Assembly: GCA_035492055.1 (NCBI GenBank)
Contig: DATJJR010000011.1
Location: forward strand, 12,135-76,134
Direction of reading: 5' to 3'
Length of the DNA: 64,000 nt
Origin: Rhodocyclaceae bacterium
GTDB lineage: Bacteria; Pseudomonadota; Gammaproteobacteria; Burkholderiales; Rhodocyclaceae
The translations under genes and the position numbers were made by a program. The notes below the pieces were generated by a model. The model was not told the origin of the DNA, searched no databases, and saw nothing but the letters and a program-made list of their open reading frames with translations. This document shows positions 33,071 to 43,506 of the stretch, piece after piece (within the stretch, counting starts at the first letter, position 1; each line of letters begins with the position of its first letter).

Positions 33071-34408
33071 ATGAAATCGCTCAACTTCCGTTCCCATTTC
33101 AGCAACATCTTCCAGATTGCCTGGCCGGTGTTGGTTTCCCAACTCGCACTGACGGGCTACGGCGTGCTAGACACCGTCATGGCCGGGCGCCTCGGTGCCG
33201 TCGAACTGGCTGGCGTCGGCATTGGCGCAGTGATTTCGCTGACCATCATGGTCACTTGCAGCGGGGTGCTGCTGGCACTGACGCCGCTGATCGCTCACTT
33301 GCATGGCGCTGACAAACATGAAGATGTCGGCGAAGAAGTACGTCAAAGCCTGTGGGTCGCACTGGGCGTAACGATCATCGCCATGCTGCTGATGCAGTTC
33401 CCCGAGCCGATTCTCAAGCTCGCCGCCATGCCGGCGGATGTGGAGCAACATGCGCGCGCCTACCTGATTGCCAATAGTTGGGCCGCGCCCGGCCTCATGG
33501 TGTTCCGCGTCTTCACCGGCCTGTCCACCGGAATTGGCGAACCACGCGCGGCAATGCGTTTCTATCTGCTCGGCCTTGTGCTGAAATTGCCGCTCAATTT
33601 TCTGTTGCTGCCGCATTTCGGTGGTGCAGGCTGTGCGTGGGCAACAGCCATCGTAAACACTGTGAATGCGGTGCTCGCCTGGGGCTGGGGCGCATATACC
33701 GGTCGCTACAGGGATTTCCATGTGTTCGCGCGCTTCAGTGCGCCGCGCTGGCCAGCGATCCGGGAATTCCTCAAGCTCGGCCTGCCGATCGGCGCAAGCT
33801 TTCTGATCGACATCTCGGCCTTTGCGTCGATGGCATTGTTCATCGCCCGCTTCGGTCCGGCGACGTCCGGTGCGCACCAAATTGCCGCCAATCTGACCTC
33901 ATTCACCTACATGCTGCCGATGTCGCTGGGCATCGGTGCCTCGGTGTTGTCGGGTCGTGCATTGGGCGGCGGCGATCCTGCCCTGGCGCGTCGTGTCGGC
34001 AGCGTCTGTCTGATCGCCGCCGTCGGCCTGGGATTGATCACGAGCGCACTTCTCTTCTTGGGCGCACCGTTGCTCGCACATGCTTACACCAACGATCCAA
34101 GCGTGTATCCGATTGCCGTCACGCTGATCAAATTCGTTGCGCTGTATCACATTGCCGATGCGCTGCAGGCTTCTACGATCAACGTGCTGCGCGGCTTCAA
34201 GCGCACGACCGTACCGATGGTGGTGTATGCCGTCGCGCTCTGGGGCGTCGGTCTCGGCGGCGGTTACTGGCTGGGCATTACGCACGGGCTCGGCGCACCC
34301 GGCTTCTGGCTCGGCGGTGCAGTCAGCCTGGCTATCGCTGGCGTGTCAGTGACCATCTACTTCCTGCGGATTTCTCGCGTACCTGATCAGGCAGCGCATC
34401 CAGCGTAA
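33071..34408 (+). CDS. MATE family efflux transporter
   Basis: 445 aa with about 12 TM helices; N-terminus [30 protein letters not shown] is typical of NorM/DinF. Confidence 0.9.
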   Translation: MKSLNFRSHFSNIFQIAWPVLVSQLALTGYGVLDTVMAGRLGAVELAGVGIGAVISLTIMVTCSGVLLALTPLIAHLHGADKHEDVGEEVRQSLWVALGVTIIAMLLMQFPEPILKLAAMPADVEQHARAYLIANSWAAPGLMVFRVFTGLSTGIGEPRAAMRFYLLGLVLKLPLNFLLLPHFGGAGCAWATAIVNTVNAVLAWGWGAYTGRYRDFHVFARFSAPRWPAIREFLKLGLPIGASFLIDISAFASMALFIARFGPATSGAHQIAANLTSFTYMLPMSLGIGASVLSGRALGGGDPALARRVGSVCLIAAVGLGLITSALLFLGAPLLAHAYTNDPSVYPIAVTLIKFVALYHIADALQASTINVLRGFKRTTVPMVVYAVALWGVGLGGGYWLGITHGLGAPGFWLGGAVSLAIAGVSVTIYFLRISRVPDQAAHPA

Positions 34409-34895
34409 TCACTTCCGCATGCGCAAACCGCAGCGACAGCCATTCGTCCTGCGGTAGCGCCAGCAATTCGCCGACGACGATTTTCATCACGCCTGCGTGC
34501 GTGACCCAGACGCAATCGCGCCCATCGAGATCGGCCAGCGCCTGCCGCACACGCAGGCGCATCTGCGCCACGCTCTCGCCACCGTGGGCATTGAAACCCA
34601 GGGGATCGGCTGCCCATGCATCCAATTGCGTACGGGAAATGTCCTGCCAGTCCTGCATTTCCCATGCGCCGAAATCCAGCTCACGCAACCGTGCATCGAT
34701 ATCGACATGAGGGAACAAGGTTGTCGCAAACGCCACGCAGCGCTGCAAGGGGCTGCTGATCACACGAACATCCGATGGCAAAGTCGGCAAAGCCATCTTC
34801 ATTGGCCATGATTCCCGCAAAGGCAGATCGGTACGGCCGTAGCAAATACCCTCGCCGATATCCGGCTGCGGATGGCGAATCAGGAAAAGACGCAC
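34332..34895 (-). CDS. cobC: alpha-ribazole phosphatase (histidine phosphatase family)
   Basis: MRLFLIRHPQP...GRTD contains the RHG-type catalytic motif. Position downstream of cobT-cobS. Confidence 0.75.
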   Translation of the reverse strand: MRLFLIRHPQPDIGEGICYGRTDLPLRESWPMKMALPTLPSDVRVISSPLQRCVAFATTLFPHVDIDARLRELDFGAWEMQDWQDISRTQLDAWAADPLGFNAHGGESVAQMRLRVRQALADLDGRDCVWVTHAGVMKIVVGELLALPQDEWLSLRFAHAEVITLDALPDQVREKSAGSRWSLTRQR

Positions 34896-35629
34896 AACAC
34901 ACCGAGGTAAAACGCAACTTCACAGAGTTGCTGTGTCGCACCGAGGACATCGCCGGTGTAACCGCCAATACGGCGCAATGTGTAGCCTCGCATCAACCAT
35001 GTCACAACAATCACCGCAATCAGGCCTTGAACGGCCTGATGCAGAGGCAGCAGCGCAATCGGCAGCAGGCCGAACAGACAGGCCGCGGCAAACTCACCAC
35101 GCCGCATGCGCACTGCCAGCGGCTTTGATTTCCCGTTCTCATCGCGCACATAGTCGAGCGTAAAGATCAGGCTGGTTGCTGCAGCACGCGAAATTGCATG
35201 CCCGGCAACAAGTGACGGCAACACCGCAACGCCAAGCGAAATCAGCGCATTCCATTTCAGAAGCAGCAGCATGCACATGCCGATGGCGCCGTAGCTGCCG
35301 ATGCGCGAATCTTTCATGATGGCCAACACTTGGGCCTTGTCCCAACCGCCGCCGAAGCCATCGCAACTATCAGCAAAACCGTCTTCATGAAACGCGCCGG
35401 TGGCAAACAACGTTGCTGCCATGCCAAGTAACACGGCCAGCGATACAGGCAGTACAAGCGTTGCAAGCCAGGTCACACCGGCGCCGATAGCGCCGATGAT
35501 CCAGCCGATCAAAGGAAAATAGCGCGTCGAACGATCCAGTTGATCCTGGCTATGTCCTACCCACGCCGGAACAGGCAGACGCGTGAAGAAACGCAAGGCA
35601 GCAAGGAAACGTTCAAGTTCGATGCGCAT
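34880..35629 (-). CDS. cobS: adenosylcobinamide-GDP ribazoletransferase (cobalamin synthase)
   Basis: 249 aa polytopic membrane protein of the CobS family (FFTRLP, HEDGFAD). Confidence 0.9.
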   Translation of the reverse strand: MRIELERFLAALRFFTRLPVPAWVGHSQDQLDRSTRYFPLIGWIIGAIGAGVTWLATLVLPVSLAVLLGMAATLFATGAFHEDGFADSCDGFGGGWDKAQVLAIMKDSRIGSYGAIGMCMLLLLKWNALISLGVAVLPSLVAGHAISRAAATSLIFTLDYVRDENGKSKPLAVRMRRGEFAAACLFGLLPIALLPLHQAVQGLIAVIVVTWLMRGYTLRRIGGYTGDVLGATQQLCEVAFYLGVLCVFS

Positions 35630-35637
35630 GTAGATGC

Positions 35638-36648
35638 TCAGTCTTTGTCGCTGACACCAGCGGAATCGAAGCTCGCCATTTCATCAAGGAAGGCGCACGC
35701 TGCCCGCAACAACGGCCAAGCCAGCGCTGCGCCGGTGCCCTCGCCCAAACGCAGGCCAAGTTGCAACAAGGGCTGTGCATTCAAGTGGCCTAATTGAACG
35801 ACGTGCCCGGCCTCATCCGAACAGTGCGCGAAGACACAGCATTCACGCACGCTCGGATTGATTGCCACGGCGACCAGCAGCGCTGCGGTGACGATAAAGC
35901 CATCGATCACGAGCACCATGCGTCGTTCCACTGCAGCAAGCATGGCCCCCACCAGCATGGCAATCTCAAAACCGCCAAAGCGTGCCAGAACAGCATGCGG
36001 ATCATCACTACGTTCAGGCCAGATGGACAAGGCGAGTGCCAGCAAAATCTGTTTGCGATTGAAACCGGCATCGTCGATACCGGTGCCACGCCCCACGCAC
36101 TCCACCAATGGCACACCGGTCATACAATGCGTGAGCAACGATGCAGAGGCCGTATTGCCAATGCCCATTTCACCAAAACCGATCGCATTGCAACCTTCGG
36201 CATGCAGGCGCGCAATCGCATCGGCGCCATGACGCATTGCCGTTTCGCATTGTTCCGCAGTCATTGCCGCGCCATCCAGATAACTCGCCGTGCCATGTGC
36301 CACCTTGGCATCCAGCAAATCTTCGCGCGCACCGAAGTCATGATTCACGCCAGCATCGGCAATCACCAAACCCAAGCCCGCCTGACGCGCAAACACGTTG
36401 ATCGCCGCACCCCCGGCGAGAAAGTTTTCGACCATCTGCCAAGTAACTTCTTGCGGATAGGCAGACAGGCCAGCGCGCGCTGCACCATGATCACCGGCGC
36501 AAACAAGAATGTGCGGATTGCGCAGTTGCGGAGTCAAGGTTTGCTGGATCAAACCCAGTTGCAAAGCCAGCGTTTCAAGTTGCCCCAGGGCACCGAGCGG
36601 CTTGGTCTTGGTATCGATCTTGGCGTGCAGTTCGGTGGCGAGCGTCAT
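35638..36648 (-). CDS. cobT: nicotinate-nucleotide--dimethylbenzimidazole phosphoribosyltransferase
   Basis: 336 aa with [12 protein letters not shown] and GEMGIGNT motifs. Confidence 0.92.
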   Translation of the reverse strand: MTLATELHAKIDTKTKPLGALGQLETLALQLGLIQQTLTPQLRNPHILVCAGDHGAARAGLSAYPQEVTWQMVENFLAGGAAINVFARQAGLGLVIADAGVNHDFGAREDLLDAKVAHGTASYLDGAAMTAEQCETAMRHGADAIARLHAEGCNAIGFGEMGIGNTASASLLTHCMTGVPLVECVGRGTGIDDAGFNRKQILLALALSIWPERSDDPHAVLARFGGFEIAMLVGAMLAAVERRMVLVIDGFIVTAALLVAVAINPSVRECCVFAHCSDEAGHVVQLGHLNAQPLLQLGLRLGEGTGAALAWPLLRAACAFLDEMASFDSAGVSDKD

Positions 36649-36775
36649 GAGGAAATGGTGAATTGGAAAGCATGAATTTTCTCATGCTAACCTTCAAGGG
36701 ATATCACAGGCAGATGACAAGATACGTTGCCGCATTCGGTATTGCTCGCCTTCTTAATGTGAATACATCCTAATC

Positions 36776-37294
36776 ATGATCGAATTCATCCTCGGCGGTG
36801 CCCGCTCCGGGAAAAGCCGGCTGGCAGAACAGAAAGCGCTCGAGAGCGGGCTTGCCGTCACTTATATCGCCACCGCCGATCCAGTCGATCTGGACGACGA
36901 TGCGGAAATGCGTGCGCGCATTGCGCATCATCAATCGCAACGGCCGGGCGACTGGTTGCTGATCGAAGAGCCCATGTATCTCGCCACGTTGCTGCAGGTG
37001 CAAGCTGCATCCGACAAATTGATTCTGATCGATTGCCTCACGTTGTGGTTGTCGAATCTACTGCACAAGGGCGACGTGTTGCGTGAGACGCAAGGTTTAA
37101 TCGATCTGTTGCCAACATTACCGGGGCATATCATTCTTGTCAGCAACGAAGTCGGGATGGGCATCGTTCCGTTGGGTGAATTGACGCGACGCTATGTCGA
37201 TGAAGCGGGACGTCTGCATCAGCGCATCGCAGAAATTGCCGATAGCGTCACCTTTGTTGCCGCGGGCATTCCGCTGCAATTGAAGCCGCGATGA
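36776..37294 (+). CDS. cobU: adenosylcobinamide kinase / adenosylcobinamide-phosphate guanylyltransferase
   Basis: 172 aa with P-loop ILGGARSGKS. Divergent from cobT. Confidence 0.92.
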   Translation: MIEFILGGARSGKSRLAEQKALESGLAVTYIATADPVDLDDDAEMRARIAHHQSQRPGDWLLIEEPMYLATLLQVQAASDKLILIDCLTLWLSNLLHKGDVLRETQGLIDLLPTLPGHIILVSNEVGMGIVPLGELTRRYVDEAGRLHQRIAEIADSVTFVAAGIPLQLKPR

Positions 37295-38163
37295 AATTCC
37301 TGTTCGCATTATTTGCGCTCGGCGTTGCCGGCCTCGCGCACGCCGACATTGTTGTGCGCGATGACGCTGGCAACGATGTACATCTGGCGGGCCCTGCACA
37401 ACGCATCATCAGTCTTGCGCCCAATCTGGCCGAACTCACTTACGCTGCGGGTGCAGGCGAGAAGCTCGTCGGCACCGTCGATTTCAGCGATTACCCAGAA
37501 GCGGCCAAAAAAGTACCGCGTATCGGTAATTACGCCAGCTTCGACATTGAAAACATCATTGCCGCAAAACCTGATCTCGTATTGGTCTGGCAAAGCGGCA
37601 ATGCCGCAGCCAGCATCGAGCAGATGCGCAAACTCAAGCTGCCTTTGTTAATCGTCGAGCCGAAAGGCCTAGATGACATTCCACGCAATCTTGAACGCAT
37701 CGGCATGCTTGCCGGCACCCAAACACAAGCCAACGCTGCGGCGCGGGATTTTCGCCAACGCCTGACGGCATTGCAGTCGCGCTACCCAGGGCGCAAGCCG
37801 GTGCGCATGTTCTACGAAATCTGGGACAAACCGTTGATGACGGTCAATGGACAGCAAATCATCAGCGACGTCATGCGCCTCTGCGGCGGCGAGAACGTAT
37901 TCGCAAACTTGAACTCACTCGCGCCGATCATTAGTGTGGAAGCTGTACTTGCCGCAAATCCGGATGTGATTGTCACAGGCGGCATGGGCACGCGCAATGC
38001 AAGCTGGCTTGAGCCTTGGAAAAAGTGGCCGCAGCTCAAGGCCACTGCGCGCGGCAATCTGTTCTTTATCGATCCGGATTTGCTGCAACGGGAAACACCG
38101 AGATTGCTGGAGGGTGCGGAGCAATTATGCAAGGTGCTCGATCAGGCCCGCCAGTCAAATTAA
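37291..38163 (+). CDS. btuF: periplasmic cobalamin-binding protein of ABC importer
   Basis: 290 aa with a signal peptide, class III periplasmic binding protein. 4-nt overlap with cobU within the B12 locus. Confidence 0.8.
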   Translation: MKFLFALFALGVAGLAHADIVVRDDAGNDVHLAGPAQRIISLAPNLAELTYAAGAGEKLVGTVDFSDYPEAAKKVPRIGNYASFDIENIIAAKPDLVLVWQSGNAAASIEQMRKLKLPLLIVEPKGLDDIPRNLERIGMLAGTQTQANAAARDFRQRLTALQSRYPGRKPVRMFYEIWDKPLMTVNGQQIISDVMRLCGGENVFANLNSLAPIISVEAVLAANPDVIVTGGMGTRNASWLEPWKKWPQLKATARGNLFFIDPDLLQRETPRLLEGAEQLCKVLDQARQSN

Positions 38164-38185
38164 CTGGATTGACGTCTCGTCGGTA

Positions 38186-38788
38186 TCACCACTCCAGCCC
38201 CGGCATTGCCTTCACGCCTTCGTTGTAGGCGTGTTTGAGTAAGGTCATATCCGTGACCGTATCGGCAATCTCGATCAAAGCGTCCGGTGCCGCGCGGCCG
38301 GTGATGATGAGATGCTGCATCGTCGGGCGTGACTCGATAGCATCGATCACCTCATCCATATCCAGCCATTTGTAGTTGAGCGTGTAGGTGAACTCATCAA
38401 GGACAACCAGGTCGATCGCCGGGTTGCGCAGATGTTCGCAGGCGATCGCCCAGGCGGCACGTGCAGCTTTCGCATCACGCTCATCGTCTTGCGTATCCCA
38501 GGTGAAACCCTCGCCGCCGACATGCCATTGCACATTCGGTTGTGTGCGAAAGAAATCCTCTTCGCCCGTATCCGAGCGGCCCTTGATGAACTGCACAACG
38601 GCCACGTTCTGACCGTGGCCCAGCGCGCGCGCGACAACGCCAAAAGCCGACGAAGACTTGCCTTTACCGTTACCGGTATGAATGACGAATACGCCACGCT
38701 CGATATTGGCCTCTGCGATGTGCTTGTCGATCAGCGCCTTCTTGCGCGCCATACGCGCAGCATGGCGCGCCTGTTTTTCTTCACTCAT
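38186..38788 (-). CDS. cobO: cob(I)yrinic acid a,c-diamide adenosyltransferase
   Basis: Start trimmed to MSEEKQARH. Contains the P-loop-like motif HTGNGKGKSSSAFG. Confidence 0.9.
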   Translation of the reverse strand: MSEEKQARHAARMARKKALIDKHIAEANIERGVFVIHTGNGKGKSSSAFGVVARALGHGQNVAVVQFIKGRSDTGEEDFFRTQPNVQWHVGGEGFTWDTQDDERDAKAARAAWAIACEHLRNPAIDLVVLDEFTYTLNYKWLDMDEVIDAIESRPTMQHLIITGRAAPDALIEIADTVTDMTLLKHAYNEGVKAMPGLEW

Positions 38789-38804
38789 GGGAAACTCGCT
38801 TTCG

Positions 38805-39560
38805 TTATTCAGGAATAAACCATTGCGCGCCATTGTCCTGCAGTGCGCGCAAAGGATGACCGTAAAGTTTTTGCAAATTGGCCGCTGTTATCACGTCTGC
38901 ACTAGCGCCGTGCAGCCATGTACCGTCATCGAACATGAGCATGGCTTCATCGAAACGGCGCAATGCCAGATTGGGTTCATGCAATACGGCAACGATGGCA
39001 CGGCCTTGTCGTTTCTCTTCATCCAGCACACGCAAACAGGTCATGGCGTGATTCAGATCAAGATGGCTGAGCGGTTCGTCTAGCAGATAAATTTGCGGCG
39101 ACTGCAGCAATGCCGTCGCCAATGCCAGCAATTGGCGTTCGCCGCCGGACAAGGTATGTACCTCGTGTGCGGCCATATGGGCAATGCCGACGCGCGACAA
39201 GGCTTGCATCGCCAAGGTCACGTCCGTATCGCTTTCGCTTGCCCATCGATCCAGATGCGGATGCCTGCCGATCAGCGCCGTTTGCAATACCGTTGCGCTG
39301 AAGGCATCGCTTTGCTGTTGCGCACACCACGCGCGGAAACGCGCAAGTTCGCGTGGCGCATACGCATGCAGCGCACGGCCTGCCAGATCAACGTGGCCTG
39401 ACGCAGGACGCAAACCTGCCAGTGTCGCCAGCAATGTACTTTTGCCGGCGCCGTTGCGGCCGAGAATGGCGAGCGAACGGCCTGCCGCGAGATTGAATCG
39501 CACACCGCGACACAGCATGCACCCGCCGATGTTGATATCGAGATCGCGTATGTGCAGCAT
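38805..39560 (-). CDS. btuD: ABC transporter ATP-binding protein (B12/siderophore type)
   Basis: Start trimmed to MLHIRDLDI (ATG 39560, TGATG overlap with the btuC stop). Walker A GRNGAGKST and signature LSGGERQ. Confidence 0.8.
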   Translation of the reverse strand: MLHIRDLDINIGGCMLCRGVRFNLAAGRSLAILGRNGAGKSTLLATLAGLRPASGHVDLAGRALHAYAPRELARFRAWCAQQQSDAFSATVLQTALIGRHPHLDRWASESDTDVTLAMQALSRVGIAHMAAHEVHTLSGGERQLLALATALLQSPQIYLLDEPLSHLDLNHAMTCLRVLDEEKRQGRAIVAVLHEPNLALRRFDEAMLMFDDGTWLHGASADVITAANLQKLYGHPLRALQDNGAQWFIPE

Positions 39561-40528
39561 CAGCGATTTTCCTCGCGCGACAACAGCCAAAGGAATAAAG
39601 GCACACCGATCAATGCCGTGAGCGCGCCGATCGGAAGCTGCTGTGGCGCAATCAGCGTCCGTGCCAATGTGTCCGCCAACAAAAGCAACGTGCCGCCACC
39701 GAGTACACACGCCGGCAACAAAATGCGTTGATCGTTACCCAACGCCAGTCGCAATAGATGCGGAACGATCAGGCCGACAAAGCCAATGCTGCCGCCTGTC
39801 GCAACTGCGCCACCGGTAAATACGGCGGCAAGAAAATAAGCGTAGAGACGCAAACGTTCGACCGGCACACCGAGCGACGCAGCAATCCAATCGCCACGTG
39901 CAAGCGCATTGAGATCGCGCGCCAACGGCAGTACGCACAACACGCCGCCCGCCAACAGGCCAAATGTCGGCCACGGTTGCGTCGCTTGTGCGAGATCGCC
40001 AATCAACCAAAACACCATGCCGCGCAAACTGCGGTCCGGCGCTAATGTCAGCAATAACGACACGATTGCACCGCAGCCGGAAGACACAACGATGCCGGTC
40101 AAAAGAAGCCGCGACTGCGTCCAGCTCTGCGACATCGCAGCCGCGCCGCGCGCCAAACCAAACACGACAAACAAGGCAATCAAGGCACCGACAAAGGCGG
40201 CGCCATTCACAAACATGCTGCTCAGCCCGAACAACAAGGCCAGCAAAGCGCCCACCGATGCACCACCGGAGACGCCCAGTACATAAGGATCACCCAGTGG
40301 ATTGCGCAACAGCACTTGCATCAACGCACCCGCCAGCGCCAGCAGGCCGCCACAGGCAAATGCGCCGACGGCACGCGGCAAGCGCAATTGCAAGACGACA
40401 TCAGAAGTAAAAAGGTCGGCCAGCGCAACATGCACGCTGCCGACCGATAGCGATAAAACAAAACCGGCAAGCGCCGCGCCAGTCAATGCAAACAACACGA
40501 AAGCATTGGCACGACGCGACACGGTCAT
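39560..40528 (-). CDS. btuC: FecCD-family ABC permease
   Basis: Start trimmed to MTVSRRANAF (ATG 40528, TGATG overlap with the btuB stop). Polytopic FecCD-like sequence. Confidence 0.8.
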   Translation of the reverse strand: MTVSRRANAFVLFALTGAALAGFVLSLSVGSVHVALADLFTSDVVLQLRLPRAVGAFACGGLLALAGALMQVLLRNPLGDPYVLGVSGGASVGALLALLFGLSSMFVNGAAFVGALIALFVVFGLARGAAAMSQSWTQSRLLLTGIVVSSGCGAIVSLLLTLAPDRSLRGMVFWLIGDLAQATQPWPTFGLLAGGVLCVLPLARDLNALARGDWIAASLGVPVERLRLYAYFLAAVFTGGAVATGGSIGFVGLIVPHLLRLALGNDQRILLPACVLGGGTLLLLADTLARTLIAPQQLPIGALTALIGVPLFLWLLSREENR

Positions 40529-42483
40529 CAGAAGCCGATCTTCATGCCGACGCGAACGAGGCGGCGGAAGTCGACGGGGTAGACGCTGCCATAAGCGGTC
40601 CACAAACCATTCTTGTTGTCGAACAGGTCATCAACAGCGACAAAGCCATCGATCGTATTGCCGCCAGTCTTCCAACGTTGACTCAGATTCACAGAGGTCA
40701 TGTTGTAACTGCCTTGACGATAAGTGCCCACATTCGTGAAATCACTGATCGCGTAGGACGAATCGCGCCAAGTTTGCGTGACATTGAGCGTGCCATTGGC
40801 CCATGGCTGCCAGTTTGCGCCCAATGTTGCGGTGTTATGGGGAACGCCTGGAAGCTCCTTGCCGGCATAACTACCATCATCAATCAATGCTTGCGTGTAG
40901 TTATACAAGGCAGAAAGCGCAAACGTGTCGGTCATCTGCCAACGCTCGCTCAATTCGAAACCATATTTGTGCGATTTGTCGATATTGGTATTCGCTCCAA
41001 AACCACCATTAGCAAAGGGATCGAAATAAATTTCATCGTGAAGCTTGCTGTAGAAAACATCCGCACGCAGACGATTCGATTGTGTATCCCAGTTAGCGCC
41101 GACAGTCACTGTCTTAACCTTGGCCGGGAGCATGCCCGTATTGGAAGCAAAGAATATACGGTCAATATCCGATGCTTGGAAGCCTTGGTTAAGATTTACG
41201 AAAGTAGACCATTGATCATTGAATCGATAATTTGTCCCCAAATCCCATGCGTTGAGCATGTAATTTTGACTGGTCGGCGTACCCCCCGTCGGCATGTTGT
41301 CGTACACAACTCTTTCGCGACGAACGCCTGCCGAGAATGACCAAGCATCGACGCGATAAACACTCTGCGCATACAAAGCAGTATTCTTTTTGGTGGTCAA
41401 ACCTGCCGTATAAAAGCCCCCCGGAAGCGTCGTGCGCTCACCCTTGGCGTTTTGTACGCCAACATTGAAATCCAAGGCACGACTCGTATAACGCAAGCTC
41501 GCATCATCACTTGCGTTGGTGTAATCAAAATTGGTATTGCCGTAATAAGCAGTTGTGTCTGAGCTCTTGTTTTCGGCATCATGCACATAGCGAGCCGTCA
41601 GGCCTGATGCGATCTCATATTCGCCACCAACCCGCCATTGATTGCTGTCATACACCTGCCGCGTATAGGGTTGAGAGGCTACAGGGGCTTGGCCAGGATC
41701 AGTACTAAATTGCGAGGGGGTCAGCGAAGATACGTAACGCGTATCGATGTGTGAATTTCCACCGCCAACAAAGAGCTTGAGCCCACTGATCGGTTTCAGC
41801 GTTAAATTGACACGCCCACCGGTGTTATCGCTACCATCCTGTGCGCCCGTCGAGTCACCAGCACTCAACGAAGCCTGTTTCGAACTGTTGGCATTAACAC
41901 TCAAATCAAACAGTTCACGCGAAACTCCTGCATCGACACCAAATTCCTGTGCACCGCGGCTACCGACCATGCTCGACACGGTTACACCCGTGTAACCCTT
42001 ACGTGTATGAATCTGGATCACGCCACCCATTGCACCATCACCGAACGCAACCGAACCACTGCCTTTGCTGATTTCGATACTTTCGATTGCATCCAGTGGA
42101 ATGCTGCCGATCAACTGGCCGGTTTGGTCGATGTTGTTGAGACGGTAGCCATCGACAACGATAACAACGTTCTGATACCCGGCTTCGCTGCCGTAGCCGC
42201 GCAAATCGAGTGCCGGTGCATTTTTGTTACCGAAGCTACTCTGTACATTCAGCGCCGTATGCTGTGCCAGGAAGTCGTAGAGCGTCGCGGCACCCGAGGC
42301 CTGAATTTCGGCACGGTCGTGCACTTCGCTGGCGTAGGTGGCATCGCTGTCACGCGTCGGAATGCCGTTGGCGGTCACGGTCACTTCGGGCAACGTGGTT
42401 GGATTGGTCGAACTGCTCTGTGCAACAGCCGGGAAGGCCGCGGCAAGGGCTGCGGCAATGGCCGCAGAACGGATGATGAACAT
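40528..42483 (-). CDS. btuB: TonB-dependent vitamin B12 receptor
   Basis: Start trimmed to MFIIRSAAIAAALAAAFPAVAQ (signal peptide). TonB box EVTVTANG and C-terminal ...GMKIGF. Preceded by a cobalamin riboswitch. Confidence 0.85.
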   Translation of the reverse strand: MFIIRSAAIAAALAAAFPAVAQSSSTNPTTLPEVTVTANGIPTRDSDATYASEVHDRAEIQASGAATLYDFLAQHTALNVQSSFGNKNAPALDLRGYGSEAGYQNVVIVVDGYRLNNIDQTGQLIGSIPLDAIESIEISKGSGSVAFGDGAMGGVIQIHTRKGYTGVTVSSMVGSRGAQEFGVDAGVSRELFDLSVNANSSKQASLSAGDSTGAQDGSDNTGGRVNLTLKPISGLKLFVGGGNSHIDTRYVSSLTPSQFSTDPGQAPVASQPYTRQVYDSNQWRVGGEYEIASGLTARYVHDAENKSSDTTAYYGNTNFDYTNASDDASLRYTSRALDFNVGVQNAKGERTTLPGGFYTAGLTTKKNTALYAQSVYRVDAWSFSAGVRRERVVYDNMPTGGTPTSQNYMLNAWDLGTNYRFNDQWSTFVNLNQGFQASDIDRIFFASNTGMLPAKVKTVTVGANWDTQSNRLRADVFYSKLHDEIYFDPFANGGFGANTNIDKSHKYGFELSERWQMTDTFALSALYNYTQALIDDGSYAGKELPGVPHNTATLGANWQPWANGTLNVTQTWRDSSYAISDFTNVGTYRQGSYNMTSVNLSQRWKTGGNTIDGFVAVDDLFDNKNGLWTAYGSVYPVDFRRLVRVGMKIGF

Positions 42484-42629
42484 GGGGTCTCCCTGTGTCC
42501 GGCTGGCGTCCCCGCAGGCCGGCTCTCTTTCTTGATCAAGGAAACGCACAGGGGAAAGGCAAGGCGCGGCCGCGGCAAAACCATGACGGGCCGATACTCA
42601 CCGGCGCACCCCGCGCGGTTCCGCTCCTG

Positions 42630-42800
42630 GTTCATGGCCGGTCTCCGGGCTTGCAGTCCTGCACTCGCCGTCTTCCCGGACTGTGTCCAGTGACGTAATG
42701 ACGAGCCTGATCTGCTTACCGTTGCGGGGGCAGCACCGGTATTTCACCGGTTTCCCGTTTCACGCGCCGATCACATCGGCGCGCACCACGAACCTGCTCG
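42630..42800 (-). promoter_or_regulatory. cobalamin (AdoCbl) riboswitch aptamer in the btuB leader
   Basis: The minus strand reads ...AAACGGGAAACCGGTGAAATACCGGTGCTGCCCCCGCAACGGTAAGC...GTCACTGG...CCGGGAAGACGG...AAGCCCGGAGACCGGCC (B12 box). All core conserved blocks of the cobalamin riboswitch are present in order. Confidence 0.9.
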
Positions 42801-42952
42801 TCGAGCATAAGGCCAAACGAGCGGCGCGGATTATCGCACGCGGAATGCCTTGAAAGCACGCATGAAAAGCACACCTGAATGCCAATCAACCTTCAAAATC
42901 AGTGCTTGTCTCTTGACCAGAAAAGGCTTTTCCACGACACTCGCACCCACAC

Positions 42953-43147
42953 ATGAAGACCCGGCTTGATTCCCTCGAACACAAAATCGACAGCGTACTC
43001 GCGCTGTACGAGCGCCTGCGCGAAGAAAACCGCGCGCTGCACACGCAGCTTGCCGCGCTTGAGAACATCAATCAGGGCCTGACCCGCACCATCGAAGATT
43101 CACGCACGCGCCTCGAAGCGCTGCTGGCACGACTGCCTGAAGAATGA
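42953..43147 (+). CDS. ZapB-like coiled-coil cell-division protein
   Basis: 64-aa all-helical heptad sequence. 4-nt overlap with zapA. Confidence 0.6.
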   Translation: MKTRLDSLEHKIDSVLALYERLREENRALHTQLAALENINQGLTRTIEDSRTRLEALLARLPEE

Positions 43148-43467
43148 GTACGACACCAACCCTCGATATCCAGCTGCTTGGTAAGGACTACAAAGTCGCT
43201 TGCCCACCCGAAGAGCAGCAGGCTTTGCAAAATGCCGCGGCATTGCTGAATCTGCGCCTCACCGAGGCCGCTGGCAAAGGCAAGCTGAGCGGTGAACGCC
43301 TTGTTGCATTGGTGGCGCTTAATCTCGCGCACGAACTGCTGGCAACGCAAGCAGGCGATAGTTCGAGTGCATCGCCGAGTGCCGCAAGCGCGCTTGATTC
43401 CGATGCGTTTGCGCGTAAAATTCAAGCCATCGAGACGCGTATTGACGCTGTATTGGCTAAATCCTGA
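43144..43467 (+). CDS. zapA: cell division protein ZapA
   Basis: 107 aa; LGKDYKVACPPEEQQALQNAAALLNLRL is typical of ZapA. Confidence 0.9.
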   Translation: MSTTPTLDIQLLGKDYKVACPPEEQQALQNAAALLNLRLTEAAGKGKLSGERLVALVALNLAHELLATQAGDSSSASPSAASALDSDAFARKIQAIETRIDAVLAKS

Positions 43468-43506
43468 ATCTGGATTGGCATCACCGCTCAAAGCGCATCT
43501 CCCCAG

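Noticed and set aside
32950-33108. 53-codon N-terminal extension of the FAD/Fe-S ORF
   Set aside because: The conserved family N-terminus starts at [12 protein letters not shown], and the extension would overlap the divergent MATE gene start.
36649-36775. Possible second cobalamin riboswitch in the cobT/cobU divergent gap
   Set aside because: At 127 bp it is too short for an aptamer plus two promoters. No B12 box (GCCACTG / AGYCMGGAGACCKGCC-like) is visible on either strand.
42484-42651. The heptamer GGAGACC occurs both in the B12 box and as the btuB SD region (GGGAGACCCC-ATG)
   Set aside because: I considered a competition model for a shared pairing partner. I found no complementary GGTCTCC segment in the leader, so no simple mechanism is supported. 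It may be coincidence.
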